The translations under genes and the position numbers were made by a program. A stretch of DNA of 64,000 nt from Camelus ferus (Eukaryota): the NCBI RefSeq assembly GCF_009834535.1, contig NC_045698.1, forward strand, positions 5,458,001 through 5,522,000, read 5' to 3'. A model generated the notes under the pieces. That model did no database searches. It worked only from the letters and a program-made list of their open reading frames with translations, and was not told the DNA's origin. Shown one piece after another: positions 36,562-49,791 of the stretch (its first letter is position 1; every line of letters begins with the position of its first letter).

Positions 36562-38941
36562 GTATATATATATATTTTAATTATTTGTGTTTGGCTGACT
36601 GTGCTTGCCTCTGTGTACGGTTTATTAAATCTGGTATTTGCAGATTTTGAAGGCTTAGAAAATATGGTCCTCACAGCATGTGTTCAAAACAGTTCCCCGG
36701 GTGTGTGGTATCTTTGTAATTGTCAAGGATAAATATGTTTTTTGTTGTGCTTATTTTGAAATTTTGTTTTCTACTGAAATGAGGTTGTTAAAGTAGGGCT
36801 GTTTCTTAGTCCTGTTTTATTTACTAGACATTCACTGGAAGGGGAGAGTGGCCCTAGTGACTCGTGCTCTCCAGCTGCGCACGGACACCTTCTCTGGTTG
36901 ATGACAGGAAGCACGTGGGAGGGTATGCTTTCCGCTACCTGCCACCTGCTTAATGTTGTGAAGACCCTTTTTGTGTAGAAATCTGTATTACTGTGTCAGA
37001 ATTCAGGGAAAATTGAAGGGGTTTGGTAGGTTGTGTTGGTAATTTAAATGAATTTGGAGACAGAAAGAGCCACTAGATGTCAGTATTGTGCCAGGCACGA
37101 CTGACGTATTAAATGGAGCTTGTGTTGCCAATAAACATAAATAGTGCTATTATTAGGCTGCCCTGTCCGCAGTGCAGTGTGTAGTCTCTGTTTTATTAAT
37201 GCGTTTGTTAATTTATTAATGTGTTTACTGCATTTGTGGTCTTTGGGAAGTAAACTACTTTAGAGAGAAGTTTAGCCCCAGATGTAATTTGAGTAAATTT
37301 ACAGTTCACTGTCATGTGAACTTCTTGATTAAATAACTCAGTTTTAGTTCAGCTTTACAATTTCTGAACATTTCATAAAGTATGTATTTAAAAATACATT
37401 TTTCTTTACTACATAAGCAATCTGCTTATAAAATTTCCACACAGAAGTAAGTAACTTAGGAAACGAAAGTCCTCTATAGTCAAACCCTCACTTGAGTTTT
37501 GTTTTGCTGAGGAAAAGCGAGGTCATGCAGTCTATGTGCTGTTCTGTGACACGCCTTTTTCACTTAAAAAGAAATCATGAGTTTGGATATCCCAGCATGG
37601 AAAGGTGCTGGAGATACTTTTAAAATACGCTGTTGGTGCAACATAATTGATTTGATTGTGAACAGTTGGTTGTTTGCAGTTTTCCACTGTTAAAAACAAA
37701 ACTAGGTGAACATTCTAGTACTGTATTCATCTTTGCACACTTGTTTGAAGCCTTTTTTAAAATTCCTCGGAGTAGAATTACTATAGGTTAAAAATATTTC
37801 TAGATTAAATTTTAGTTATGTTTGTTAGCTTGTTCTCTGCACAGTGCAGTATTTCCTGTTTTAGTACCAGAAAGTTTTCTGTAACTGTAAAGTGGAAAAT
37901 ATTTTAAGGGATTTACAGTTGCTATTATTTCAGCCTGTAACTTAGGAAATTTTATCGACTGGAGAAATTGTGGTGCGAAGCATTCTTGGTAAAGTCCCGT
38001 TCTACCAGAGACTCTTGCAGGGACCGGGGCTTCCTTCCGCAGTGTTTCCCAGGGGTGGCTCTGTGTCCGGGGCTTTGAAGAAGCCATGTAGTTGTTTGTC
38101 CCTGGAGAGTTCAGGTAGGGGTTCTGGGCGAGGCCAGTGGACATCCGTGACCTGCAGGCGCTGGACCTAGTCGTCCCTGCTTAGGGCGCCCAGGCCCCGG
38201 GGTCCGTGGGGGCCACGGAGTGAAAGTAGGGGTGCCCTCTGACGTTTCAGCAGCACTGATGCAGGTGACATGCCCAGATGCCTCGCTTCCTTGGAGCAAC
38301 GAGAGCCGCGTGTGCCGCGTGATGGGCACACTTGGAAGCACGTTGAAACAAATGTGACGAGCAAGTGTGGATTCGCTTGGGTCCTTGAGACTGGGATTCG
38401 GGGCTTTACTTTACTGTTCGTGCTCTCCTTTTCCCGCTGCGGATCCGAGGAGACAGAGCCGCGTGCAGGGCTTCTCGCTGTCCTGGCCCCCGCCGTTTTG
38501 TTCTGCGGCCTCTGCTCCGCGGCCACACGTCCCGTCTGTGCCGACCTGCGCCTGCTCCCGCGAGCCGGGCCTCGCCTGCCTCCCGGCCCTGGGGTAGCCC
38601 CGTCATCCGCCTGGCTGTGCTTCACTCCGCCTTCCCCGTGGCCGGCCTTCCGCTCAGCCTTCGTTCCGGAAGCCCCTGGCCTCAGAAGCCCCTGACATCC
38701 GTGGGCCCCTGTTGGGTCGCTGGCCAGTCCCCGCTAATGACTTCGTGCCTTCGTTGCTCTCGCCACCCTCGAACCCCGAAGGGCAGGTTGGGCCTCATCT
38801 TGTGCCCAGTGCCTGTCAGAGGAGCGGCACTCAGCAGTTGTCCAGTAACTGTAGGTGTCAGTGGTCAGCTAAGACGAGGACAGGCATCGTGGCCTGGGGT
38901 AACGATGCGTAGTTACAGGCCTTCCTTTGCCCCTGCCACAG

Positions 38942-39122
38942 GCGTTTCTGCGAGCGCTTGTGGACCACACCAGCGACGGCGCGGAAAGGCGGCGGCTGCA
39001 GGAGCTGTGCAGCCGGCAGGGGGCGCCCGACTACAACCGGCTCGTCAGGGACGCCCGCGCCTGCGTGCTGGGCCTCCTGCGGGCCTTCCCGTCTTGCCGG
39101 CCCCCGCTCGGCCTCCTGCTCG
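38942..39122 (+). CDS. MTRR: MTRR exon 9 (181 nt)
   Basis: ctgccacag|[60 protein letters not shown]|gtgagt. Confidence 0.95.
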
Positions 39123-41060
39123 GTGAGTGGTGCGGGGGCGGCCTCTCCGGGGAAGAGCGCCTTTGAGTTCCCTGCAGGCGCCTGGGAGCACATCTCAGTG
39201 ACTGGTCTGTAAGTGGTCTTCCCATTTGTCCCAGGGCGCCTGGACATCTGAACTGCCTTGAAGTTAAAGAATCTCTCTTCCAAGCATTTACATTTAAAAA
39301 ATTTCTCTTTCCTACTATTGTCACTGTCACTTGCTCTCTTAATATAGCCAGTTTTCATTCTGTTTTTCAGAAAGCATTTGGCCAAATTTTATCTAAAAAC
39401 GAGCTTCCCAAGAGAGACTCGTTTTTAAAGATAATGATAATTGATGGAGTTTGATAAAGCACACGCTCTGTGTGCAGAGACAGAAATAGAAATGCCCCGT
39501 CCTGGCAAACTGAGATTTAGGGTTTTTGAAGAGCCAAAGGGGGCTCCTCATGTCGGACCAGTACAGACACGTGGCCTTACTCACGATGCCTCTGGGGGTT
39601 AGGCTTGTGAGGGACCCTTCACAAAACATCCGAATGTAAGACCGCCCTGGTTTTTGTCCAGATTGTTTCTCCCGGGCCTCGTACTCCCGCAGAGGAGTGG
39701 CAGGAACTGGAGACGTTTACCAGGGACAGTGCCTGTAAGAATTTTATAGGATTTTAAAACCTTTATTATTTCCTATGCTTGTAGTTTCATCATCTCATCT
39801 GTTTTCCTATGGTGATAAGCAGTGAAATGTTTGGGACTTGCATCAGTCTTGGGTGACAGGAGAACATGGACGCTGGCCAGCAAGGTCCCTTTTGATGCCC
39901 AGGACAGGAGGGGGGCCTCTCCTTTACAAGTCGGGCCCTGCTTGCTTTTCGTTTTTATTTATTAGTATTTTCCTTCCTCCTCCTCAGGATGGTGAGGCTG
40001 CTCTTCCTATTTCCCTTTCAAATGAACGTTCTCACCCTCATCGGTCCAGTCTTGAGCTAATGAGGGGTTGGTGACCCGTCAGAATGCGTGTAGGGCAGTT
40101 CTAGGAGGTCTCGTAAAGCTGTTCATCACCGAGAACGTGTTTCAGTCCTTTTTACAAATTTTCTGTTACTTTTTTAAACTTACATGTATCGCTTATTACA
40201 TAGATATGTAAAAAAAGAGACTTATAAAAATTTTAGTTATTTTCTAACTTTGTCAGAAAACTTAATATATTTAAAGGTTAGTACTAAGTCAAGCCCTCTA
40301 TTAAACCTTATTCTGATATTACGACTGTAAGATATCTTAGAAAAGTCTTTCCGAATTTTGGAGAAATAACTGTCTATAACGTACTGAACACAATGTCCAG
40401 TCTGTTAGTGGACAGTTAGGTATTCAAATATTGACACTTCTTAATCTTCTTTTAAAAGTGTACCTATGTGTCTGGAAACCACTTGGTTTCTGGATCATTT
40501 GATTATATTTCACCGTTACACTCCTATTTTTTGTCACTGCCATATTAATATAAAAAAGAAAAATATTTCAAGCCTGAGCATTTTCCACAGCCCTTAAAAT
40601 AGTGGTCTTTTATCTTTTTTGGGTCATTATCTTAATAATTTGAAAACTCTGGACATTGTGCCCCAGAAATGTGTGTGTACACACACAGGTGCACACACAG
40701 GGTGTACTTTTCCCTGATTATGAAGCACATTCGTGGATCCTGTTCTTCTCATCCCTCAGTGTGAAAAAAAAAAACAGCCCAGCCTTTAGGTAGACATACT
40801 GAGTTCAGATTGAGGAAATGCGATATGTCTGGTCTTTAAGAATTGGAAAAAATATTTAGTAATATTTTACTTAGACACAGTGAATTTACTCTAAAATAAG
40901 TAAATGTATGCTGTAAAATACGATTTAAAACTAAAACATGCTGTTTTGAATATTCCAAATAAGAGAAAACGAATCAAATTCAGACCTTGAATTTTTACCC
41001 TTCGCATATAATTTGTTTTCAGTAAAAATGAATTAATAACTGCTTATTATTTTCTTCTAG

Positions 41061-41103
41061 AGCATCTTCCTAAGCTGCAACCCAGACCATACTCCTGTGC
41101 AAG
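41061..41103 (+). CDS. MTRR: MTRR exon 10 (43 nt)
   Basis: tttcttctag|EHLPKLQPRPYSCAS|gtactg; FAD-binding RxYS motif. Confidence 0.95.
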
Positions 41104-41646
41104 GTACTGATGTTCATTAGCACGATACACGGCGTCTTTCTCCTAAGACGTGATGAAACTCTTGACTTCTAAATCTTTAGTAGCTGCAAGTTCATTTACT
41201 GAAAGCTGCTCAGGTTTGTGGAAGACAGCGGCAGGCGTGATAGGGATGAGGATGAAGACTGGGCTTCGACTCCTGTCCTCTAGGAGTTCGTAGGGTGTGG
41301 AATCTTCAGTGGCTCCCATGGTTCCCCTCTTAGCGAGCGTCCAAATCCTCCATCTGCTGCCTTGATTGGTGTGCCCGGCGCCGTCCCTGGGGTAGGGAGG
41401 AGACAGGGAAGTTTGTGTGAATCCTGTCTAATCTTGGAGGCAGGCAGGTAACTGGAAGCTTTCCTAAATGATGTAAAGCTGGAGGCCAGGGTGGCTTTGC
41501 AGTAGGGAACAGAGCTGCTCTCGGAAGAGTCAGAAGGTGGGTCAGAGCCTATTAGGAAGCACCCCTCAGTGCAGTGAGAAGGCCTAGTTTGGCCTGTGTG
41601 TGCTCATCCTAATGCGGCGTTTAAAACCCCGTCTTTGTCTTTGCAG

Positions 41647-41833
41647 CTCCAGTCTGTTTCACCCAGGGAAGCTTCATTTCATTTTTAACGTTGTGGAGTT
41701 TCCCTCTGACTCCACAGCGGGGGTCCCGCGCAGGGGCGTGTGCACAGGCTGGCTGGCCACGCTGGTTGAATCAATACTTCAGCCAAACACGCGTGCGCCC
41801 CCTGCAGACGGCGAAGAGGCCCTGGCTCCCCAG
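41647..41833 (+). CDS. MTRR: MTRR exon 11 (187 nt)
   Basis: tctttgcag|[18 protein letters not shown]...[12 protein letters not shown]...ALAPQ|gtacca; GxCT FAD motif. Confidence 0.95.
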
Positions 41834-44464
41834 GTACCACGAGTGTGCGGTTTCGGGATCACTGAAACTATGCCGTTTGCCTGGTTAGAAACAGCAGTGG
41901 AGTGTCTCCTGCTTTGTCCGTTGCTGTCAGTGTTTCAGAGGAAATTTATGCCACACTTGAATTTTAAAATCTCTTTTGGAAAGTCAGGAAACATTACTTT
42001 CACTCACTGTTAAATAGTCTGTATTTTCTAAATGTGTAACGTGTGGATTTCAGATAATACAGTCTTTCCTGCTGGCTTGTCACAGTCATGGAGGAGGAGA
42101 CCTTTTCTGTTAATGTTCTTGGCAGATTGGCTCAGGAAGAGTCGGGTGACGCGGAACAGCTCATCTTACATTCAGTCTGTATCCTGTGTTCCGAATAAGT
42201 CACTTTAAAATGGCAGTCAGTTGACAACTGAAGATTAATTTTATGTCCTTCAACTATTAATAGTAGGATTTTCCCCTGCCCTTGTTCCTTCCCCTTTTGT
42301 CAGGGCCGTGGTATTATTTTGTATTTTGATCCACACTTGGTAGAATCTCATTAGAGACCACATATTGGGGACCAGTTACTGTTGTCCCTCCTCGCTGGTG
42401 AGGATGGTTGAAATTAAAAAAAAAAAAAAAAAATCAGTCTTTATCATGAAGTCTCCATGGTATTGAAAAATGAACACATCATTTGTAGTGTTATCTTATT
42501 ACTGGTTTGGTTGCTGTAAGTTACTGAAGTTGAAAGCACTTAGTGGGGATTAAGATTTCTGGTATGTAGTTGAGGCTTAAGGGAAGATTAGTGCTTGAAA
42601 TTGCCTTTTAACTTGGTATTTTCCCAGTGTGCTGCCTGGAACAGAGGTGCTTTGCTGTGTGTGGCCCTCGGACTCTTAGATTATTATGCACTAGTAAAAT
42701 ACTGAGAACCTGGGAAATTTCTTTTTTGAAAAGAAACACTATAGTACTGACATAAAGTATTACGTCACTTCATGATCACAGCAGATGCTCTCCAGAATGT
42801 TACAAAAAAGCATGTTGATAACGTCTTACAAACAGTAAGCATTCTCTTTCACGCATTCTCCCCCCCATCCTCCCTTCTTCCTTTCCCATTTATATAAAGG
42901 ATATAATTTAAAATTACTTAAATTTCAACATGCTGATAGTACTGTATTTCATTAGGAAGTGGAGACCACGTTAACGTTCACATGATCCGTCCGCCACACA
43001 CCCTCCCCCAGCTGGTAGACAGTACAGTTGTTCACAGGTGTCCCTGCTGTGGAGGGGGTAGGCTTCCTTTCTCGCCGATGCTTAGCCTGGCCAGTGGACC
43101 AGCCCTAGCAGTGAGGGGTGAGCAGGCAGGATTATGTCACCTTTGAGCAGGAGCTCTGAGCAGGTGGCGTGGCATGTGGCTCGCCTCCCTTGCCCTTTCT
43201 CTCTGACGTCAGGTGGGGTGATCCAGGTCAGGGGTGCTCCTCGGGTTTGGATCCAGGTGGAGGAGATCGTGGTGCAGAGCTGCAGCCTTTGGGGAGAGCC
43301 GGCGGTGAGCGTCTGGTCTCCTTGCCGCCCGTGCCTGGAAGACGGCAGTGAGCTCTCGTTAACGCTTCCTGCCGCACCCTTCACATCCTGTTTTCTTTTG
43401 CTTCCTGGGACTTACCACTACCTGTCAGTCCATAGATATATGTGTGTTTACTGTCTTTTCCACCCATGTAGTGTAAGTCTCACAAAGACGGAGGTGGTTT
43501 TGTTCATTTCTCAGTTGTACTGCTTGTCATGTTGAGTACCTTCTATAAAATCAAGGGAAGGAATCAAGTGAATCAGGCTAATGTGATGTTAATCACAGTT
43601 TCATTCCAAAACGAGAATGAAACCATAGCCATTTGACACAGCTCTGCCAGTTCTTCATTTAAAAAGTACTGTGTTCATCCTGTTGATGAACTTCATACGA
43701 TTTTTCTCTAATTAGAGGTTAAAATACTTAGTTACACAGGCGAGGAATGTGGGAAAGATTCCTGTCTGTCTTGACTGTTAGTGCCACTCACTGCAACTGG
43801 AAGATACACGTGTTTACAAATTGATAACTGGTGGGCATCCTTGGCACATGATTTAGAAGGAAAACCTTTCGAAATTGTAACCAAGAGATTTTGCTTATCT
43901 GTCTATCACTTATTCTTCTAGTTTTGCAACAAAACACAAATAACATTGGACCTAGAGTAACAAATACAGCCCAGTTCTCTATACCTTCAGAGTAGCCCCT
44001 TAATTCCCCTTCTGGTTGCCAGATTGGGCCTAAAGCTGTCTCCCCATCTTGAGGGCAGTCTTCATTGTCCTTCATGTCCTAACATGAAGGGTCATGTGTC
44101 TGTTTTTTGTGCATTTCTTCATGCTGCATAGAATCGGTTGCCTACTAGGAAGCAGGTCCTTTTCTTGGGCCTGGAGAAAGAGTCTGATTATTATTTATTC
44201 AGTGTTCTTCCTCAGAAATATCATGCCTATCATTCTTAAAACACCTTTGACTTGGATAGAAAAGAAAAATTTGTGAGACAGACTCATTTCTCTGCATTGA
44301 CAGGTGTGTTTGTGGTTTCAGTGAGATTTAATGCTGCAGTTTAGTTTTATGATGCTTCTTTGAGGGAAGTCGTACTTTCTGGTTTCTTCAGCAGAGATCA
44401 CCTTGGTTACATGTTTTTGTCTAGGTATTTTTTGAACTTAACGACCATTGGCTTAATATTTCAG

Positions 44465-44583
44465 ATAACCATCTCTCCTCGAACGACAAATTTTTTCCAC
44501 TTACCGAATGACCCCTCCGCCCCTGTCATAATGGTGGGACCAGGAGCGGGCGTGGCGCCCTTCATTGGTTTCCTGCAGCACAG
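44465..44583 (+). CDS. MTRR: MTRR exon 12 (119 nt)
   Basis: atatttcag|[40 protein letters not shown]|gtgtgt; NADPH-binding motif. Confidence 0.95.
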
Positions 44584-45535
44584 GTGTGTGCTTTCTTTGG
44601 CTGGTGAGAAATGTACCCCTTGAGATCCTGGGTGGGAATATAATAGAGGACTTTTCTGTTTCTTTGGTAGTTTTTAGAACATTGGACTTTGGTTGTAAAA
44701 TTTTTATTTTAAAAAATTATTATCAAGTGTGTGATAGCATAATTTGTCCCCGTGGGAGAAGTAAATGTATCTTCTGGGGATGCTGCTCTGTGCTGGAACG
44801 TCCCTTTCCGCTGCGGTGCTGTGTCCCGTCTTGTCCCCCCAGCGCCCCCCCTCCCACTGCACTGTGGTTTATAGTGCATGTAGCTGGGGACAGATCTCAG
44901 GCACACCTTGATGCTGCTCGGATGTCAGCCACTCCTTAACTGGATGAAGTCAGCAGCAACAGAGATCCAGTTATACCACAGGTTTCAAAGTTAAACCCCC
45001 GACACCAGTAATTTTCAACAGAATGATATTAATACATGTATCTTTGTATCAGAACACAACTATTTGATATAAAATAAGTAGATGAAATTGTGCTTCTCTT
45101 CCTGTTTGTGAAATAACAATTCTTATGTAATGTTCCCTGGACAGTGTAGCAATATCCTTTGGACAGAGTCTTTCTTGCTGTTTTATTTTCTTTTGTTTTA
45201 TTTCTTTCCTTAAAGCAAAAAGGTAATGGCAGATACACTCAGTGTGATCCTTGGAGGGGCCATTATTTCTGAAACTTTTCACAGCAAGTCATCCTACCTT
45301 TTCAGCCACTTTTCCATTTTATTAATTGAGTTAATTTTATTCATAAAATTATAATTAATATTTAATGTAGAAGTTAGGCTTCACACTGGTATTTTGAATG
45401 AGCCCATGATAGAGATAACGTAGAAAGTGCGTAGGTGATGCTAGCTCGCCAGCCAGCTCGTTTTAGCGTCTGCTGCAGTGGCTCAGGCTCCCCGCGGGCG
45501 GTAAGAGGTGAATTCAATCAGTGGACTTTCCGTGA

Positions 45536-46018
<483 letters not shown>

Positions 46019-48246
46019 GTAAGTGGCCACGTGCTCAGGTGGCTGAGGGGAGGGCGGTCGGTGATGCTTGCTAAAGAAACAGGGCCGATCAGTTAATAAT
46101 CTAGACACGTACGGGTGAGAGATTTGATTCTTAAGGACAGGGATAGAAATACAAATTCTGGTATGATTTTAACATACGTTTAATAGTCACGAAATTGTTG
46201 TTATCAGGAAAATGGTGAAAATTAAGTCATGCACTGGGGAATGGTTTGTGCTGCTTTAAATACATGTTTTAGGCTCTAAAAGTCATGCTGTGTTAAGCTG
46301 GTGACCCTTTAACCTGGAGTTTCAGGATTCATGCTGTTATGTCGCAGAGTGTGTGCTTTGTGCAGTTGACCTAGCTAAGGAGAAAAGCTTTGGTTTTGAC
46401 TCAGAATGTGGATCTGGGATTCTTTTTCTTCACCGCGTAATTTGTAGTGTCAGAGTGGGCATAGCCAGGAGTCATTCTTAGGTTTTATTTTATTTTTTGA
46501 GGAAGCATTTGTTACAGAAACCTGAGATCACCAAAGAGAGTAAAAATGTTAGGATCTTGGCTGCTTGTTTTAATGGAACTCAAGGAATTTTTGCTAGATT
46601 TTTAAAAAGGAGTTTTGAAGTAAAGAATTACTCTTTTTAATTCTAATAGATCCCTGGCATTTGAAACATTCACTAAGTCACCAAGTCAAGTTTTGGGGTA
46701 TTTTTAAGCTGTGATACAGAAAAAGAAATACTGGCATAATGACCTATAAGTATAATTAAACAAGAGCTAACTTTTCTGACTTATTCTTTAGGACACATTC
46801 TGGTAACTTCTGTTTTGTTTGTTTCATTAAAAAAAAAAACTAACTGTGGGTAGTAAGTTGATTTCACGACCCGTTAGTGACTCAGCTAGAAAACACTGCT
46901 TTAGGTCTTAAAGGGCAGAGATTGTTGGTTTACGTTTTCATTCACTTTTAATGAAGTATTTGGTCTTCGTTTTGTTTGTAAAGGACAGTGCTGTCAGTGT
47001 CAGAGGCTGGCGTCGTAGATGCCCCTGTAATAATAGAGCTGAAGTCCATTGTGCAAATACATACGTACAAATGTATCAGTAACTGGTAATTGAGAATTGG
47101 AGGATTTCTTAAACATCCAAACTCTTAAAACATTAACCCAGAAATAACTCTTTACCATAACTGGTGCTTCATTTTCACCCCTCTGGAGTGAAGTCGATAG
47201 GGTTCGCAGCTGGTCAGGCGAGGGCTCAGAAGGAAACCCCACTCACTTTAACATGGACCGAGCAAAGGAGACTGAGAAGGAACAGCCACGCAAAAAGAGC
47301 GAACTTGTCCCTAAGCCTGGGGACACTGTCTCAAGGGGGAGCCTTTGCTGCTGATAGTCAAGTAAAAAGGGGACAGAGAAAGGACCAGTAGGTTTAGTGA
47401 CTGGCAGCCCCTGAGCCATGGGGACAGAAGCTTTCTTGGAGTCGTTGAGAGAGTGTGATGAGGAAGTTGAGACAGCCTTTCTTTATGCACGATTTTCTCA
47501 GGAAGTTTTATTGTAAGTGACAGGATAAGCTCAAGTTCTGACACTAGAGTGCTGTCTGACACTTTTATTCATTCAACAAACAAACGAGTGTGTACTGAGC
47601 GCTTTGGCACTGTACGGATGTCAGAGAAACGGGACATCAAGGAGGTAGACTCCGCACCCCAAACCACCCCCTCCGTGGGAAAGGCCGGTCAGCAGATGCT
47701 CGGGGATGGCAGGTGCTGCTTGGGGGCTGCGTGCGCAATCGGGAGGGGCGCCTCGCCCGTCCTGCGGGTGAAGGAGCTGGGACGTGGAAGAGCTCTCAGT
47801 GAGAGCCGAGGCCCTCAGCAGGTGCTCAGTAAATGTGTCCGTGAGTAACTGCGTGTGCACGTGTGAGCGTGCATGTGCAGGCCTAGTGGTGTAAAGGCAG
47901 CTTGTTCTCAGGAGTGCAAGTCACTCTGTGTGCCTTGAGAATAGAGGGAAGACAGGTGTGAAGGGGTGGGTTGTGAGGTCCTCAAACACAGATTTCGGCT
48001 GCTCCCGGAGCAGGGACGCCTTTGAAGGATGTTGAGCCATGAGCAGTGTGGTCCCCGTGAAGGCCTGGCGTTGCGGGGGTGATAGGTGACTGAGGCTGGG
48101 AGGCCTGTGGAACACTTTCTAGATGCACGGAGGGAGGACTGAGGTGTCGTGATAGTGGAGCCACCAGCAATGAGATTGTGAATTCAGGAGGATTTGGTAA
48201 AAATTCCCGTTTCTTGAGCATCAATGCTGTTGTTCTTTTTTTGTAG

Positions 48247-48388
48247 AGACGCTAAGAATATGGCTAAGGATGTGAATGATGCCCTTGTGGAAGTAATAAG
48301 CAAAGAGGTTGGAGTTGAGAAACTAGAAGCAATGAGAACACTGGCTACTTTAAAAGAAGAAAAACGGTATCTTCAGGATATTTGGTGA
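48247..48388 (+). CDS. MTRR: MTRR last coding exon (142 nt incl. TGA)
   Basis: ttttgtag|[46 protein letters not shown]; total CDS 2088 nt = 695 aa. Confidence 0.95.
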
Positions 48389-49282
48389 TAAAGTTGGAAA
48401 ATAGAGGAAGAGAATTAAGTTTTCTTGACTGAATGTACTAAAAGACAACTTTACTGAAGATTGAGACTTTCAATTAAAAAAGTTTTAACATTTCTTGGAG
48501 GAAGGGAGGATGGTGGACCATTTAACAATATAGGAAACTTTCGATTCAGTTTTCCATATCTGCCCCCGTCCCCACCCCTCCCCAAACCTCCCTGAGCTGG
48601 AAGGCAGCTCTCACTCCACCAGCACCTCCCGGGGCCACCTCTACGTCCTGGAGGACTTTGCAGGGACCCTGACCAGCTCACAAGGAATCTGTATCTGTGC
48701 AATATGGGTTGTGGGCACTAGAGTTAACTGGGTAGATAGTTAAATCCTGTGAATTTGTTACCACTTTTTAAAATAATCTAAAAATAATTTATATTCCTAT
48801 ATAAAATATACCATAAAGAGTATTCATATTACTGTGTTAAGATTACATACGTATGGCATATCAGATTATGTTTATATAATTTTATTAAGTGATTTATTAA
48901 CAAAACTATATTTCTGATAAAAAATATTTTAAGGTAATACTGACAGAGATTTAGTTTTTTAATGATGCTAGAAATATGAAACGTTTTGAAATTCCACTCT
49001 GGCATATGATTTATTTACCAAAGTTACTTCTTTTTAGTATCACAGTTCCAGAATTCAGGGAAATTTGCATTCAATTTACGGATGTGAACAAGTACATTTT
49101 TTTAGTAAAGCTACAGTCTCTTTCTTCTCCATTCAGCCCTCCTCACTCCCTACCTTTTTATTTTGGCTCCCTTTGGCGTATTGTTTAGTTTTTCCACATG
49201 ATTTGTTTTACTTCCATTATCTCATGCAAGCTTTAGCTTAGGCTTAATATACCTACTTAATATCCTTATATTTTTTAAATTC

Positions 49283-49615
49283 CTACTATGGTCTGAATAT
49301 TTACATCCCCCAAAACTCATGTTCAAATCCTACCCTCCACTGTGATGATGGTAGGAGCTGGGGTCTTGGGGGTGATCAGGTCGTGAAGGTGGAGCCCTCG
49401 GGATGGGGATCAGCGCCCTTGTTAAGAAGCTCCAGCTTCTCCTGCTGGCGGGGACAGTGAGGAGTCGGCAGCCTGCATCCCGGGGGAGGCCTTCACCAAA
49501 ACCTGACAAATACGGGCACCTGGCCTTGAACTCCAGGGCCGGAACTCTGAGCCGTTTCTGTTGTTTAAAGCCCCTCAGTGGTATTCTGTTACAGCAGCCC
49601 ACTTGGACTAAGACG
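49283..49615 (+). mobile_element. MaLR solo LTR (MLT1A-like) in the predicted MTRR 3'UTR
   Basis: tatggtctgaatatttacatcccccaaaactcatgtt...ggtattctgttacagcagccc...gactaagac. Confidence 0.8.
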
Positions 49616-49785
49616 TTTCCCAGTGACACATTCTCTCATAAAATGTGTCAAAGCTGAAAACAAAATGTAAAACAGATGTGAAAACGTTTCTCCAAGTCTC
49701 CAGCATATATTGTTTTTTTATATTAAAGAGATTGGCATTTGAAAAACAAATCTCTACCTGTGAAAGTCTTCTGGTCATTTTGAAA

Positions 49786-49791
49786 AATAAA
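49786..49791 (+). terminator. MTRR: Probable MTRR polyadenylation signal AATAAA
   Basis: Canonical AATAAA about 1.4 kb after the stop; upstream ATTAAA variants may also be used. Confidence 0.6.

Noticed and set aside
38167..39385. Cluster of overlapping ORFs around MTRR exon 9
   Set aside because: Explained by high GC content; only exon 9 is supported.
48960..49015. SECIS-like hairpin (ATGA-TGCTAGA...TCTGGCA-TATGAT) that would recode the terminal MTRR TGA as selenocysteine
   Set aside because: The helix is only about 7 bp and out of register with the GA quartet, the apical AA is misplaced, and MTRR is not a known selenoprotein. A SECISearch hit would reopen this.
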